Source of the DNA: Phoronis australis
Lineage: Eukaryota; Animalia; Phoronida
Assembly (NCBI GenBank): GCA_002633005.1
Contig: NMRA01000098.1
Coordinates: 913,678-977,677, forward strand
Direction: 5' to 3'
Length of the DNA: 64,000 nt
Numbering within the stretch: position 1 is the first letter of the stretch; each line of letters begins with the position of its first letter. A model generated the notes under the pieces. It had not been told where the DNA came from, did no database searches, and saw nothing but the letters and a program-made list of their open reading frames with translations. Positions 25,108 to 37,332 of this stretch are shown here, in pieces. The position numbers and the translations under genes are program-made.

Positions 25108-28100
25108 CTACTGAAGGACACATTTATTGGCCACATCACCAGTTAAGTCCGTCATTTTGGATTGTATGTCTGTTAGTCCGGCGGGTAAAACGCCTACAAT
25201 AAAATGTGCGAAGCCATGTTAACAACTAATAGTGTAGGCCATGCATGACCCTTGACCTCAACACCCAGCGCATGCCACTTGAGGAAAGCTAAATGAATTA
25301 ATAAAGACAACTTTCTTGAGGTATTCATACCTTTGTTTTTACCATATTTTTTAATAGTTCATTAAAAGTACACAAATGAAACCACGTGAATGAACGGTTG
25401 GCAGACTACGAAATTTCTATTCAGGAAAACCAAGTGAAACCCAATGCAAAATATACCTTATTTGTACATAGAAAACCAAGTAATGTTAAAATGAACTTTA
25501 CTTGTCAAAATTCAAATTTCTACAGAAATCTGGAGACTTGATAGTAGCTTGAATTTTAGGATATGGTAGAAAGTAAGCAAACAAGCTTTGGCTTGCACAC
25601 TAAGTTCATCTGTGTATTTGTTTAACCTTCCATTATAAAAATCACTGAAACAAACACTTGCATGCACAAATACACAGAGCGTTAATACCAAGCAGTCACA
25701 CATCAGAACAAATAAGGTCACTAATCTATGTTCAAAGCTACACAAGCATGAAACATACTTCAACAGCAATCTAGCTAACAAGATTTCAAGCTTCTTATAA
25801 AACCATGTTGAACTAATAAACTAAAACAAACCCAACAAAAGCACATTTGTTGAACAAATGATTCTCACACTCTTTGTAACCCAGACCTAAATGACTCTAC
25901 CAAACTGAAATGATAACAAAATGTAATGGAATGATCAGAGTGCATGTGATACAGTCACTGTGTGCATGTGATACAGTCACTGTGTGCATGTGATACAGTC
26001 ACTGTGTGCATGTGATACAGTCACTGTGTGCAAGTGATACAGTCACTGTGTGCATGTGATACAGTCACTGTGTGCATGTGATACAGTCACTGTGTGCATG
26101 TGATACAGTCACTTCAAACTTTTACTGTGACGGGCACCGTACGTCCTTCGGGGCATCTAGAATTGTTGAATTTTGACCATTCACAACGGCCACGCATTTT
26201 TTTGTTCCATGGACATCAAATAAACAATACAACGCTGATAATTTGAAATAACAAATTTTGTTTTCTCCGAGTTTGTTACTGATCTCATATAACTTGAAGG
26301 ACGCACATTTTACTGCCCTGCAAGGACATTAGGCATAAGATTTCATTGATCACAGTTGAACTCCTTTATCGTAACTAGGGTTACAAATCAATCAAAACTG
26401 TGTCACATGTTGTCATCATCACTACACACAAGTACAGACTGATGCGCTAATAAAAATGAAACTCTAAACCGATCAAAACGCACAAACTAACAAACGCCAA
26501 TTGTTTAAAAAATATCAAACAAGATTTCATCCTTACTAAATAAATAAATAAATAATTAAAAACAGAGTAATAATCATATCACACAGGACAACCACACTTT
26601 TACAAAATAAGATTCACACTATGGCTTCAAGCAGTCAACATCAGGTAACCAGATTTGCATCAGGCCATTCTATTCGACAACTCGTCCTCAACAATTGTAG
26701 AATTTACAGAACACAACAATAACGCTTCCTTATGCTGATGCATAAAATTCTAAAAGCTGCAGTGCATGGAAGCTCGCAGTGATGTTCGATGTAATCTTTG
26801 ATGACTCTCAGGAAGAAAAAAAGTCAGCTAACAGTGGAAGCACATTGGTTTGGAATTAACGGGTTGCATAGTTTACCCTATCATAAAAGAATCAAAAGAT
26901 GTTGATAACTTTTAGCAGGGACCAAACAGCAGTTACTGCTGTACGTCTACCTAATACTTCCTTTTGAAACTAGCTATCACTAGGGCAACTACAGATGTCA
27001 GCACTGGTATGATTACTTAAAGCACACTGGAACCAATCAACAGTCAACTCTCACCCATTTGAAGAGCATTTTGTGAAATAATGCCATTATGTTGATTGGG
27101 CAAAGTTACAACCCCGTGTAGCGTGGGTAGATAAGAGTATTTTAACTCCCCTTGGATGGGACATCGTTAAGACCACTGCTGGCTAATTCCCAGGCAAGGC
27201 TGGTTCTCAATTCTACAGCAGAGCCGACTGGCAATACTTCAGCTGAAGAATCATACTCAAGGGCACAGTTACGTGACACTCAAGTCAAGAGTAGAGCTCA
27301 CAACGTTTCAGTTGAGAATCGTTTGCAAACCATTGAGCCACATAGGTGGTGCTGTACGAGTTTAAGCCGAATTCCAATTTTTGTGAATTACCAGGTATAG
27401 ATAAAAAGCACAAAGTTGACTAGAAACACAGGGTGGCCACAACCCTATAGATTCCTCCAGGGTAGTTTTAGTAGTTCTCTTGAACTATACAGAAATGGTG
27501 ATTAAATGATGTCAAAGTTTTTGTTAATACAGACAAAATTAGGGCAAAATGACCCCGGGACTTCAGCAAAAGTTGCATACCTGACAGTCAGCAGGAAGAA
27601 AAAATTATTAAAAATGAAATGCAAAGAAATTATTTCACACTCTTCCACCTATGGGAGGTTGACTGCAATGGCACCAGGTGGTGTTACTGGTCATGAAGTC
27701 AGCAGACAACAAGAACTAGACAAAACAGCAACACAGTGACATACTCTCTTCTTCTTCCTGATTGGCTTCTGCAGCAAGTTCTGCTGGAGTCTTCCGCCGA
27801 CGATTTAGGCTGCCTTCTGCTTGAGGTTCCGGGATTCCCGGCTCCCTCTTTTTAATGTTATACTGGAAGAACAAAACAATACTGATCATGCAAAATGGAG
27901 TCTAGGCAAATTGTCAGCTCTTTTCTCAATTTGTAGCCACGTCTCATGAACAAAAACAAAACCATGAACATTATATTAAGTAAAGCTTCTAATAGAGTGC
28001 ATACGTTAATTTCAGACTCGATCAAGAATCTGCTTTTTTCAAAGATCGCAGCGTTTAGGATGACTAATGGTAAACAATTGCCTTGTCAATAGTCCGTTCT

Positions 28101-31100
28101 TAAATAGCAAATGTATAATGGAACCTAAGTTTTTGAAACACAGTCAGCATTAGAGATCCTGAAATTATTTTTCATCAATTTTCCTAATCCTCAACTTCTG
28201 TTCGAGGCCGAATTCTGCTGGAAAATCGACTTTCATTCGATGCTTTACCGCACACTATTGGTAAGACTTAACCAAGCAAAGAATAGAGGCACTAAGAAAC
28301 ATCTCTCCGTTTACAGGATGTCTCGGGACCACTCGGTTATAACATAACCCCATGATTCGTGACACTTACTTTGGCCCTAACACCTGCAGCCAATACGCGG
28401 TACTGTGTTTGTTCGGCAGAGAGATGAGGCTCCTATATATATATATATATTAGAAAAATGCTAGTCATTGAAACACTGAATAGTAAGGACAGAAGAAATA
28501 TAGTTGTCTGTGTTCATCTTTTTAAAAACATTTTTGGACGATTATAAGGGACATTCACAACTTACTATCAAAAACACAAATTAAGAAGCCTAGTTACAAT
28601 ACTGGTAAAACCTCAAAAATAATTACCAAAATTGCAATTTTTAATTTTTAAGCACTTCTAACATGATTGTTGTGAATACTCACAACCTTTTAAAATAGTG
28701 TCCAGTGGTAGCTATGGAACAAAATTTGAACAAGGAAAAATATTGACTTAAATAAGTTTGTGCAATTTCACCTGTCTGTAATGCTGTGTCCTCAAGAGAC
28801 TTAACTGAGACACCAAAAATGAAAAAGACTAAAAATACGAAGCATTCTAAACCCACCATTATCTCTCATGAGTGCAGAGCTGCAAACGATAAAGTTGAGG
28901 CAACCTACTCACAACCACCCTCTTGTTGGGAGCAGGCAGTGTCAACTGGGCCATTGTATTTTGATCATTACAAGGCACTGGCGTTGCCTAAGCTTGGTGA
29001 TTGGACACCTCACTACGCCGGGTGAAGATGCAAGACACTCCGGAGTGAACTAAGCGTGACATGCCATCCACACATTTACCATAGAACAAGTTACTCCTTG
29101 AACAAGTTGTTGCTAGGTAAGGGGCTGCATGAACACCATATAAACTAGTGCAAATTGCCCCAGTCTTGACAACTAATACCCCACCTTATCCAGATAGGGG
29201 AACTTGTTCTAAGGTAACTGATGCACCGTGCACTTTTAAATTTCAGTGGCCACAAACCTGTCGCAAGGCAGAAGTAATTATCAGCTGCACACTTGCACAG
29301 TTGCATGTATGTGGGTATTCTTTTTCGTGTCGCATTCAAATCAGCTGTTCATTGTCATGCACAAAGCGACAGCTTCATATTGCATCATTATCAGAGATAT
29401 GTGTGTAAACGGTCCACTTAATGTGGGGCAACTTGCACTAGTGCAAGTTGTTCTAGGGTAAGTCTGTGAGTAGACAAAACTTACTTCTAATTCCACAGCT
29501 CGTTTATGACAAAATGTAAGCAAGTGGACTACTGGAAGGAGATTATCTTCTACACAACAGGTCAGAGTCATTTTGTAACCTGTTTAGGGTCAATATTTGG
29601 GGGCAGTTACCAGCCTTAGAATAATGATGACGATGTAATCAGGTGCAGTCAGATTTGTAAAAAAGTCCTTTCCCACTAATGCCGACACTTCTGTGTTTAA
29701 GGAGAACGCAGTCAGTGGGGATCACATAAATCAGTTAACAGCTCAAGTTCACTTCCCAGTAAACTTGTGGATTTAACAGCAAAACGTCGAAGAGTCATTA
29801 CACGGAGAACGTTTAGCTTTGGCACCCATCCAAGTTATCAGCAAGGGTCACTGCTGTAACAAGGGTGAAGGTTACATTACGCAACCCACCTTGCAATAAC
29901 TTTGATGATGATATCGCCACCGATATCTGTTAACCACGGAACAGAAAGTAATGGGAACGCTAACTTCATACTTTACAACAACGCTTTGGTAGTACCAGAT
30001 TTCACAAGACGTGAAAGGCCTTTTGAAAGTACCAGCAGTTTTAGAGGAGAGCTAATTAAGTCAAACACTTTACTTTAAAGTACCAGTTAGGGTGACATCA
30101 TGGTGTTCTTTTCATGATCGCTTGCTTCCCACGAAATGCCATGGCGATAGACTTGCTTGACCCTATTCACCCCACAAAAACGTGCTCTACAGAACATAAC
30201 CCTTAAATGAGAGACAGAACTGGTTCAGGTTCTATCATGCATTATGAAAGGGTTGATGAATGCTTTCAAAATCTGACTACTTGTTGATATCAATCACAGG
30301 TAAGCTCTCAATTCCCTTTTGTTCTAGATACAAACTGCTAATAACTAAAGGCAAGATGATTTTGCAACCATTTTAGGATTCATCAGTCTTTTTCGTGATT
30401 TTCACGTATTTACCCACAATACCTTATCTCTAATTTCCTGTCTCATGGTCTCTCGTTCGGCCTCCATCTTTCTGTGTTTCTCCTTGCGCTTCTCTTCTTC
30501 CTCGCGGCGCTGTTCTTCCAACGCCGCCTGCTCCTCAGCGGCTTTCTCGTCATCATCTCCGCCACCCCCGCCAACAGCACCTGCAGGGGAGACAACACCA
30601 AACACGTTTGTGAGAAAGTGATCCCGAGCGTCAACTTCGAACATATGCAACGGATGACACCTGCTACTGCGCATGAAATGAGAGAAACACCAGTATCGAA
30701 TGACATATGTGGCCAGTAATCAAACATCATTCTGAGCAAATAGCACATATCAACAACAACAACAACAATAAAAATATATCATGAAATAGAAAACAAATAC
30801 ATTTCAAAGCCAATCTTACTAGAAAAGTTAAAAATGCTACGCTTAAATAACGCTTTGCGATTTACAAGCAGAAACCCTGTAAAATTGAACAAACAATATT
30901 CGATTGCGTCACAGTCTGCATGTAGGAAGAGTTGAACTGGTGACTAACACTACTGTGTAGATTAAGAAAATGTGATGTGGCCAACAGGTGGCATGCAGAC
31001 GTATTGGGCAGACTAAGAAGATTGCGATAATAGGGACAGCTCCAAACCAGCAACCAAAGAATCTATATCTAGAAGCTAGGACTATCAAATAAAAAGACCC

Positions 31101-34100
31101 ATTTGTTGAAAAGCACTTGCTCATTGAATGCAGGGAGACATGTATTGCTTGTAAAATTTAAACAATTCAACTGATCAATTCAGCTCAGACAACTAAAGGT
31201 TTAAAGATATGATCAGCTACATGAAAAGGTTCCAATCACTCGCAGAGCAGCCTATGTATTGAATAATGAACTAATCAGACGAGAAATAATGGGTAACGTA
31301 CAAGTGCTTTACAAGACGAGCATAAAATGAAACAAAAGTCTACAATGACTCGGTCTACAAGTTGTTCTCGACATTGATTCTGAAATGGAATTTTATCAAT
31401 CATCAATACCCCAATAGTCAATACATAGGCTGTTCTTGAGCTCATGTGAAGCATCTTGTGTTCAGTGAAGAACATGTTTTCTTATGCGATAGCTCAGTCC
31501 ACTTAAAAGACCTCTTATTTCAGTTGATTAACAATCAGACACAATTATCTCCCAAAGATGTCGCTTGTGTAGGCCTGGCAAAGTTACACCTGATTTGACA
31601 AAGTAGTCCTTGACCTAACACCTGAAGCACAATTCTTCATCATCAAGACATATATTTTATAAAGAACAGAGGAACAATCTGCAAACTCTTTATAAATGTT
31701 TGCTGAAGTCCTAAGAGCTCTATCGTCTGCATGCACGACAGCCACGCAGCTGCATACAGTCTGCCAGTAGAGAGGCTCATCAGCTTCAAGTCATAAAGAG
31801 GTTGTATTAGCAGACATCAGTCCAACGTGTCACCACAATCCGAGAACAACTTGTAGCCGCTGTGGAAGAATGAACAGATAATGTTGAACAGCCATGCCCT
31901 CTTACTCAGTATGTCCATCGTTGTCAACTAGTGCCACCTATAGTCTAGAATGCAATACTACACAGTCGTCAGAAGCCTGGGTACTGAAAGTTTTGCAAAA
32001 GTGCCGATAATCGTCTCAAACGCTGGGGTCAGGTTGCAGATAGGATGCGAGGTTGATAGGTGAATTAAAAGCCTGTAAAAAGTTTTATTAAGTACGAGTT
32101 AGTATAGCAAGCAACATGTGTAATGCCTCTAACTATTTTGAAGGGGAACTGAAAATTTGCTGGATTTCAAAAACCAAAATTAGCTACAAAATGCAAATAT
32201 TTTGAAATATTGCTTATTCACACTAATCCTTATAGTACCAGCTGACAAACGTCATCGGCAGCAACTGATAATAGAAAAAGGAAAGAAAAAGCAGGATGTA
32301 AGCAACCCAAGTTGGTTTAGGACACAAGCCAGGAAACAAGCAAATTTTTAACTACAGTTTGGCAGTTTGCACACTTGCAGCCTGTGAACACCAGCATTGC
32401 CACCGAGAACAACAGTTACAGTTATGTAGGACCCTAGCAAAAATGTCCATATTTAGTTAACTTCATAGTATCTCAGAAATGGCTGATCAAATTCATAAGA
32501 AACTTCCGTGTACTATGTTTCATGCACTTTCCAAAATTCTAAGAATTCAGGAATTGTTTAATGTTCCATTATTGCATGAAGGGTTATCAAAAATAGCAAA
32601 TACTATATTTATGAAAAAAATCAAAATGAAAACAAAATGACGTTTTGAGATTTAATCTTGAACGTTTATAGAAAAACGAAATTTGGTTGATATTGATACC
32701 ACCGTTTTGCTATGGAATCAATGTATCTTATATTTTTCTTTCTGATAAATTTTACAAAAAAGACATGGTAACATGGCACAATTAATGACAGATTGGTATA
32801 AAGTCATGTCTACAGGCTTATTAAATAAATATAATTCTTTAAAAGAGTTGGCTTAGTGCACAGAGGTGCAAAGGTTCCCCATTACTGTTTTAGGCCTTGT
32901 CCAGTTACAACAATTTTAATTGCCACTTAGTGACAAACAAAAATGTTGATATAACACAAAATTGGCCAAAGAAACCTTCATAGTGTGTGTAACTGACACA
33001 TCCATTTTAACAGTCCGGGTCTTCAAAGTATTTTTGAGAGAGTGTACTTACAAAAAGCTTGTTTGTAGAAAAAATTTCATAGCAATGTCTGAATTGTCAA
33101 TGAAGTGACCAAAACCATGACTGGGTCTTCCAGAACATGACAACAAAGTCCAATCTAAATTAAAGTGGCTGTTGTTTCGTATTTGTTCGTAAGGATGGTA
33201 TATTTCATTACACGCTTTAAGCGGATAATCCCGCTTTGATCACAATTTTTAATTTAGACCACTTACGCACTATTACAGAGTCGGTCTCAAATTATTCCTC
33301 AGTCAAAATTGATTTAAATTCTGGGCTTGTGAGAACTACACACTCATTGCCAGGCTCTACAAGTTGACTTCTCACGGCACCTCACTTAATTCACCGACCA
33401 TGGTCTCGATTGAACAATAACGATTGAACAATAACGATTGAACAATAACGTACTGTTAATTCTTTGAAAGACTAAAAATAACTTCTTATCTGAGTAATGA
33501 ACAAGTTACGACCATTGCTACAGGGGTTAGTGTCTCCGCTTTAAGCATGGGTGGTATCTCCTAATAGTCCCTTCAAAGAGAGGCATGCAAGATCTCTTGA
33601 TGTATATATTAACATTCAAATCAAGTATTCTGCCTAGTTGATGTGATAAAGCGGGGAGAAATCTCATTAGTTATGGCACACATTAATCAACTACATATGG
33701 CAACTTCCAGAGTGAATTAAGGAATCAAAATGGCTTGATGCCTCCACAAACTAATAGGAAGAAAAATTTAATTCGACACGTACAATAAAACCTGAGACTA
33801 ATTTCTGACTTAAGAAGTCTGGGAAGTGAAAAGAGCAAAGGTTTCAAAAAGAAAACAGCACACGCTTGTGATACTACGGAGTAAAATTATTGGAAAAAAA
33901 CATATTTTGTAGCAGCAATAAGGTTAAAACCATGCACTACTAAGTTACAAAATAAAAAATGGTTCAAGCACACATATTTTCACATCTATACAAAAGCCAT
34001 GCGACAGCAAGAAAAAGCAAGAATAATATAAAACCAGGAACTGAGCGGAAACAAAAACAAGCAAGGGGAGACAATTTTATTGACATGTAACTTCAAGGGA

Positions 34101-36960
34101 CTTTGCAGCAGACAAGTCACGTATCACGAGACCACCTGAAAGTCATCATGGATGAGGGATACAGGTTCAGAGTGGTTCCCATCTTGGGACTGAACTGTAG
34201 GGGTCTCTACTAACTCATAATTGGTCATTAAAATGGATACTGGTAAAAACTAGAGGAAGTTTCTGACAAGGAAACCGACGCGAATGTGAATAGACTTTAA
34301 CCAATCACGAAATGATTTCTGAATTCTGGATTTCATATTCTTTGACATTTTTAAAATGCAAAATGATTAAAAACAAGCCAGTTAATTAGTCAGTTGCCAT
34401 ATAAAGCAAGGAACAATCAGTTTTCAGAAAATACTCTTGTCAGCACCAAACGCAGGTCTTCTCCGAACAGCAACGAATGAAGCTAGTCATCTGCTTTTAA
34501 ATTGCTTTCATGACCAGGACAAAAGCTACTTTAATTAACAGTAAGAAAGACTACTAAAATTTCTAAACAAATTAACTACTCGAAGATGAAGAAAGAACAG
34601 CATTCAAAGTAATGATATAAAAGAAAAAGACGCTAGTCAAACCCTTTGGTCTTACCTCCTGTAGCTTCTACAATTAGCGACAAAACACAGCTTTAAGTTA
34701 AACAGTCAACTAACCTGAGCCACGCCCTACGTACTTGCTCAGTTATTTCTAGTCATTTTGTTATTTCACTCAAAAATGATTATCCAAAGGAGACATTTTG
34801 TTTCAGTGTCAGCGAAGTGGAATATTCAAATGGCAGCTTTTGCGAAATATGGCACGTGGAAACGAAGTCTCACCTTTGCCACACACCTTGTTCTAAACAA
34901 GAAGGTCTGACAGGTTACTGGGAGCGTCCAAACCCTCACACTAGTCAGAACCGGTGACATTTGTTTTACTTTCCATCACCCTAATGAGTTGCACAAGTAA
35001 ATCTTCACTCTATTTAGTAAACAATATGGCCGACACATGGATTTCATTTTCTCAAATTTTGCAACAAGTTAAAATCCATAATCCTATTTCGAAATTAACA
35101 GAGTATATACTGCACGGATGCTGTGAAACATTAGTACTGAACTTCTCCTTAATTGTAAAACTTTAGTTAATCGTTGAAAAATTAAAAATGACAATTTTAA
35201 CAATAATTATTTTTGAGCGAACTAACTGTTCTAAGAATTACGGTAATCCCTACAAACCAATCGACAGTACAGACAAAGAAACTGCGTAAATGAATTGACA
35301 GCACCCATGTCAGGGTAAAGAAACAACTCAGCTGTTGGACCTTTGAATCCAACGACACATTGTTGGACCAATGTCACCACTGGAGACATCCAAAGAAAAA
35401 CAGATCGCTGATGACCAGGCGTGTGAAGATCAAGTCAGAGATCAGACACTGTGCCTGATCTTTCAGAAAACCAAAGCCAGAGCATTCATGCGCATGGTCA
35501 CTAGATCGTTTCTATACCTTGCAAGATGTTCAGAATTTCACCATTATAGATCTATGGGAAGCCTTTCAACTAAGAACAATGAGTTCAGTAAATCAGGCAG
35601 ATTCTTAGACAATTTTCATTCAATAAACAAGCAAAGTTTTTAGAACAACAGGTATAATGAACAGAAGGCCAGGACGAACAGTGGAGACAGAGAGAACTGA
35701 ATAATGGAGAAAAAGAAGCTAAATAAATGTACCTTTTTGGGAATACATACACAGACAGGTGGGTAGAAAGCAGAATTAAGATATACATTCGGGTTAACGT
35801 CATCAAAGTCATCGAAGGTGCAAAATCAAAATAATTGAATTTTAAGTGTAAGCTTTTTCCTGACATTGAAGCTCAAATTTTGTAGCTCACAACAATTGAA
35901 TAAGATCCTGTCAAAAAATGTACGGGAACTGCAACGACACTGACTGCTGTAGTGTCAAATGGGGTTGAATTCTATGCATGGAAATGATGCAGTAAAAATT
36001 ATGTGGCTTATCGGTAAGTGGTTCTGCATGACAAAAAAGCCCCAAAAAGCTTCGAAAATCTCCATGTATTGGGCAAATCAAGTTTATTCCTTGAGCTTTC
36101 TAGGCCTTGCACACATGTTCTTGCCACACTGGAGAATAGGTCAGCCACAAATGGCACCTGACCCAACCATACCTGCTTGTCGCACAGGGAAGACAAGGCT
36201 GGGGTTTGGTTCTTAAAACTGTGAGAAGAAATGGGTTTTTTGAAAATTAGTTGCAGTGTAGAACGGAGAAGCTGTGGCCGAATACGGTTTCGATAAATAG
36301 AATATGATATCTCGGGAATGACCACAATAATGTAAGAGTCACTCAAACTGATTCAGTTTTTGCATAAAAAATGTATCAAAACAAGGGTGGGATTGAAGAA
36401 AAAAATTCCTGAGTGGGATGGGCGCTCATGAGAGCAGGAGTGATAACCCGAATGTTCAGGGTAAGTAGACAGAAATAGAGAGATGACCGCATTTAATAGA
36501 ACACATCTGTCTGAACACAAACTAGACTAGCAACGTGGCAAGGGAGATTACAAAAAGTGGTTTTGTAATACATAACCATTTCAAACTTCAACATGTATGG
36601 CAGCGCTTGATTCACTAACCTGGGGTACGCGCTAGTTCGCCCCGGTCAATCGGCTAAGAAATCTGACTGGTTTGTGAGACAGACGTCGTCATCAGGAACC
36701 AATCAAATGATCTAGATGGTTCACCCGGCAATATGCGAGTAGAGTGAACTGAACAGCCAGTATGTCATGTAAACATTTTGCATGTTATTGTTCGTTTTAA
36801 TGACACTATGTCACCTTGACCTCGCTAGCCCATCATGATATGGGCATTGCGCACAGTTAAACACAAGTTTCTAACTGCATTAAAATCACAATAGATCCTA
36901 CTTACCTTTAGCAGCTTCTAGTTGTTTGCCGACTGTGTGTTTGATGATGAAAGACGCCAT
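25108..36960 (-). CDS. CPLX: Complexin (synaphin) with C-terminal CAAX box, 4 coding exons, 138 aa
   Basis: Minus-strand exons: 36960-36906 (MASFIIKHTVGKQLEAAK), 30580-30423 (GAVGGGGGDDDEK...KRKEKHRKMEAERETMRQEIRDK), 27862-27745 (YNIKKREP...GSLNRRRKTPAELAAEANQEEEE) and 25193-25108 (SVLPAGLTDIQSKMTDLTGDVANKCVLQ*). Phases are 1, 0, 1; total 417 nt. The SNARE-binding helix ERETMRQEIRDKYNIKK is the complexin hallmark. A 5'UTR acceptor near 37027 implies upstream non-coding exon(s). Confidence 0.95.
25940..26112. repeat. Minisatellite, 22-bp unit gtgcatgtgatacagtcactgt, about 8 copies, in the last complexin intron
   Basis: Near-perfect tandem copies, with one variant (gcaagtg). Confidence 0.95.
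27130..27345 (-). mobile_element. SINE-like remnant
   Basis: The plus strand shows blocks typical of a reverse-oriented invertebrate SINE (ccccttggatgggac...gctggttctcaattctacagc...ctcaagggcac...accattgagccac). Degenerate. Confidence 0.4.
29075..29462. mobile_element. Fold-back/MITE-like element
   Basis: Nested inverted repeats: ttaccatagaacaagt / agttgttctagggtaa, and ctagtgcaaattgcccca (29145) / tggggcaacttgcactag (29424). Confidence 0.5.
29665..30022. mobile_element. Degenerate copy of the 8.2/52.7 kb MITE family
   Basis: Ends cctttcccactaat ... gtgaaaggcc. Internal cagttaacagctc.agtt and accttgc.ataactt.gatga blocks are shared with 52701-53206. Confidence 0.55.
33407..33450. repeat. Short tandem repeat (cgattgaacaataa)x3
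   Basis: Three exact 14-bp copies. Confidence 0.9.
34656..34667 (-). CDS. Candidate 12-nt complexin microexon (adds EATG)
   Basis: Minus strand ...ttttgtcgctaattgtag|AAGCTACAGGAG|gtaaga. Symmetric phase 1-1, matching the flanking intron phase, and frame-preserving. Confidence 0.4.
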
Positions 36961-37332
36961 AATATCTGTGATTTAAATTAGGTATATTGCACTGAGACAA
37001 GGACGGGGGTTGTGCGAACTTGTTACCTGCAACAGAAAGGCAAAATCAACAACCGGCACAACAGGCAGGTCTCTGGTGCAATAAAACAAAAAGATACTCC
37101 TACAAGAGGGTGGATCAAAACTAGGGTCCAATTTTCATGAAAATGACTTCAAGGCTTAAGACTGACATTAAGTCTCCCGCTCCCATTTCGCAATTGCTGA
37201 ATAAGGATTAGCCAAGTAATTATGAGCGCTTCGCAGTTTAGAAATAATTTATAGAAATTATCTCAGTAACTAGCAGTTATATGTATATTCTCAAAGACAT
37301 AGCACATTTACACAAGTGAAATTTAACTATAA

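Noticed and set aside
25940-26112. Minisatellite as an Rbfox-site array or a CRISPR array
   Set aside because: TGCATG is on the plus strand, antisense to complexin. There are no unique spacers, and the DNA is eukaryotic.
26280-26380. Possible second CAAX exon (minus-strand ...ATG TGC GTC CTT CAA = MCVLQ)
   Set aside because: Not in frame with the phase-1 donor from nearby acceptors, and not followed directly by a stop.
34439-34456. REST/NRSE-like site (TCAGCACC) in a complexin intron
   Set aside because: Only the left half-site matches; the GGACAG half is absent.
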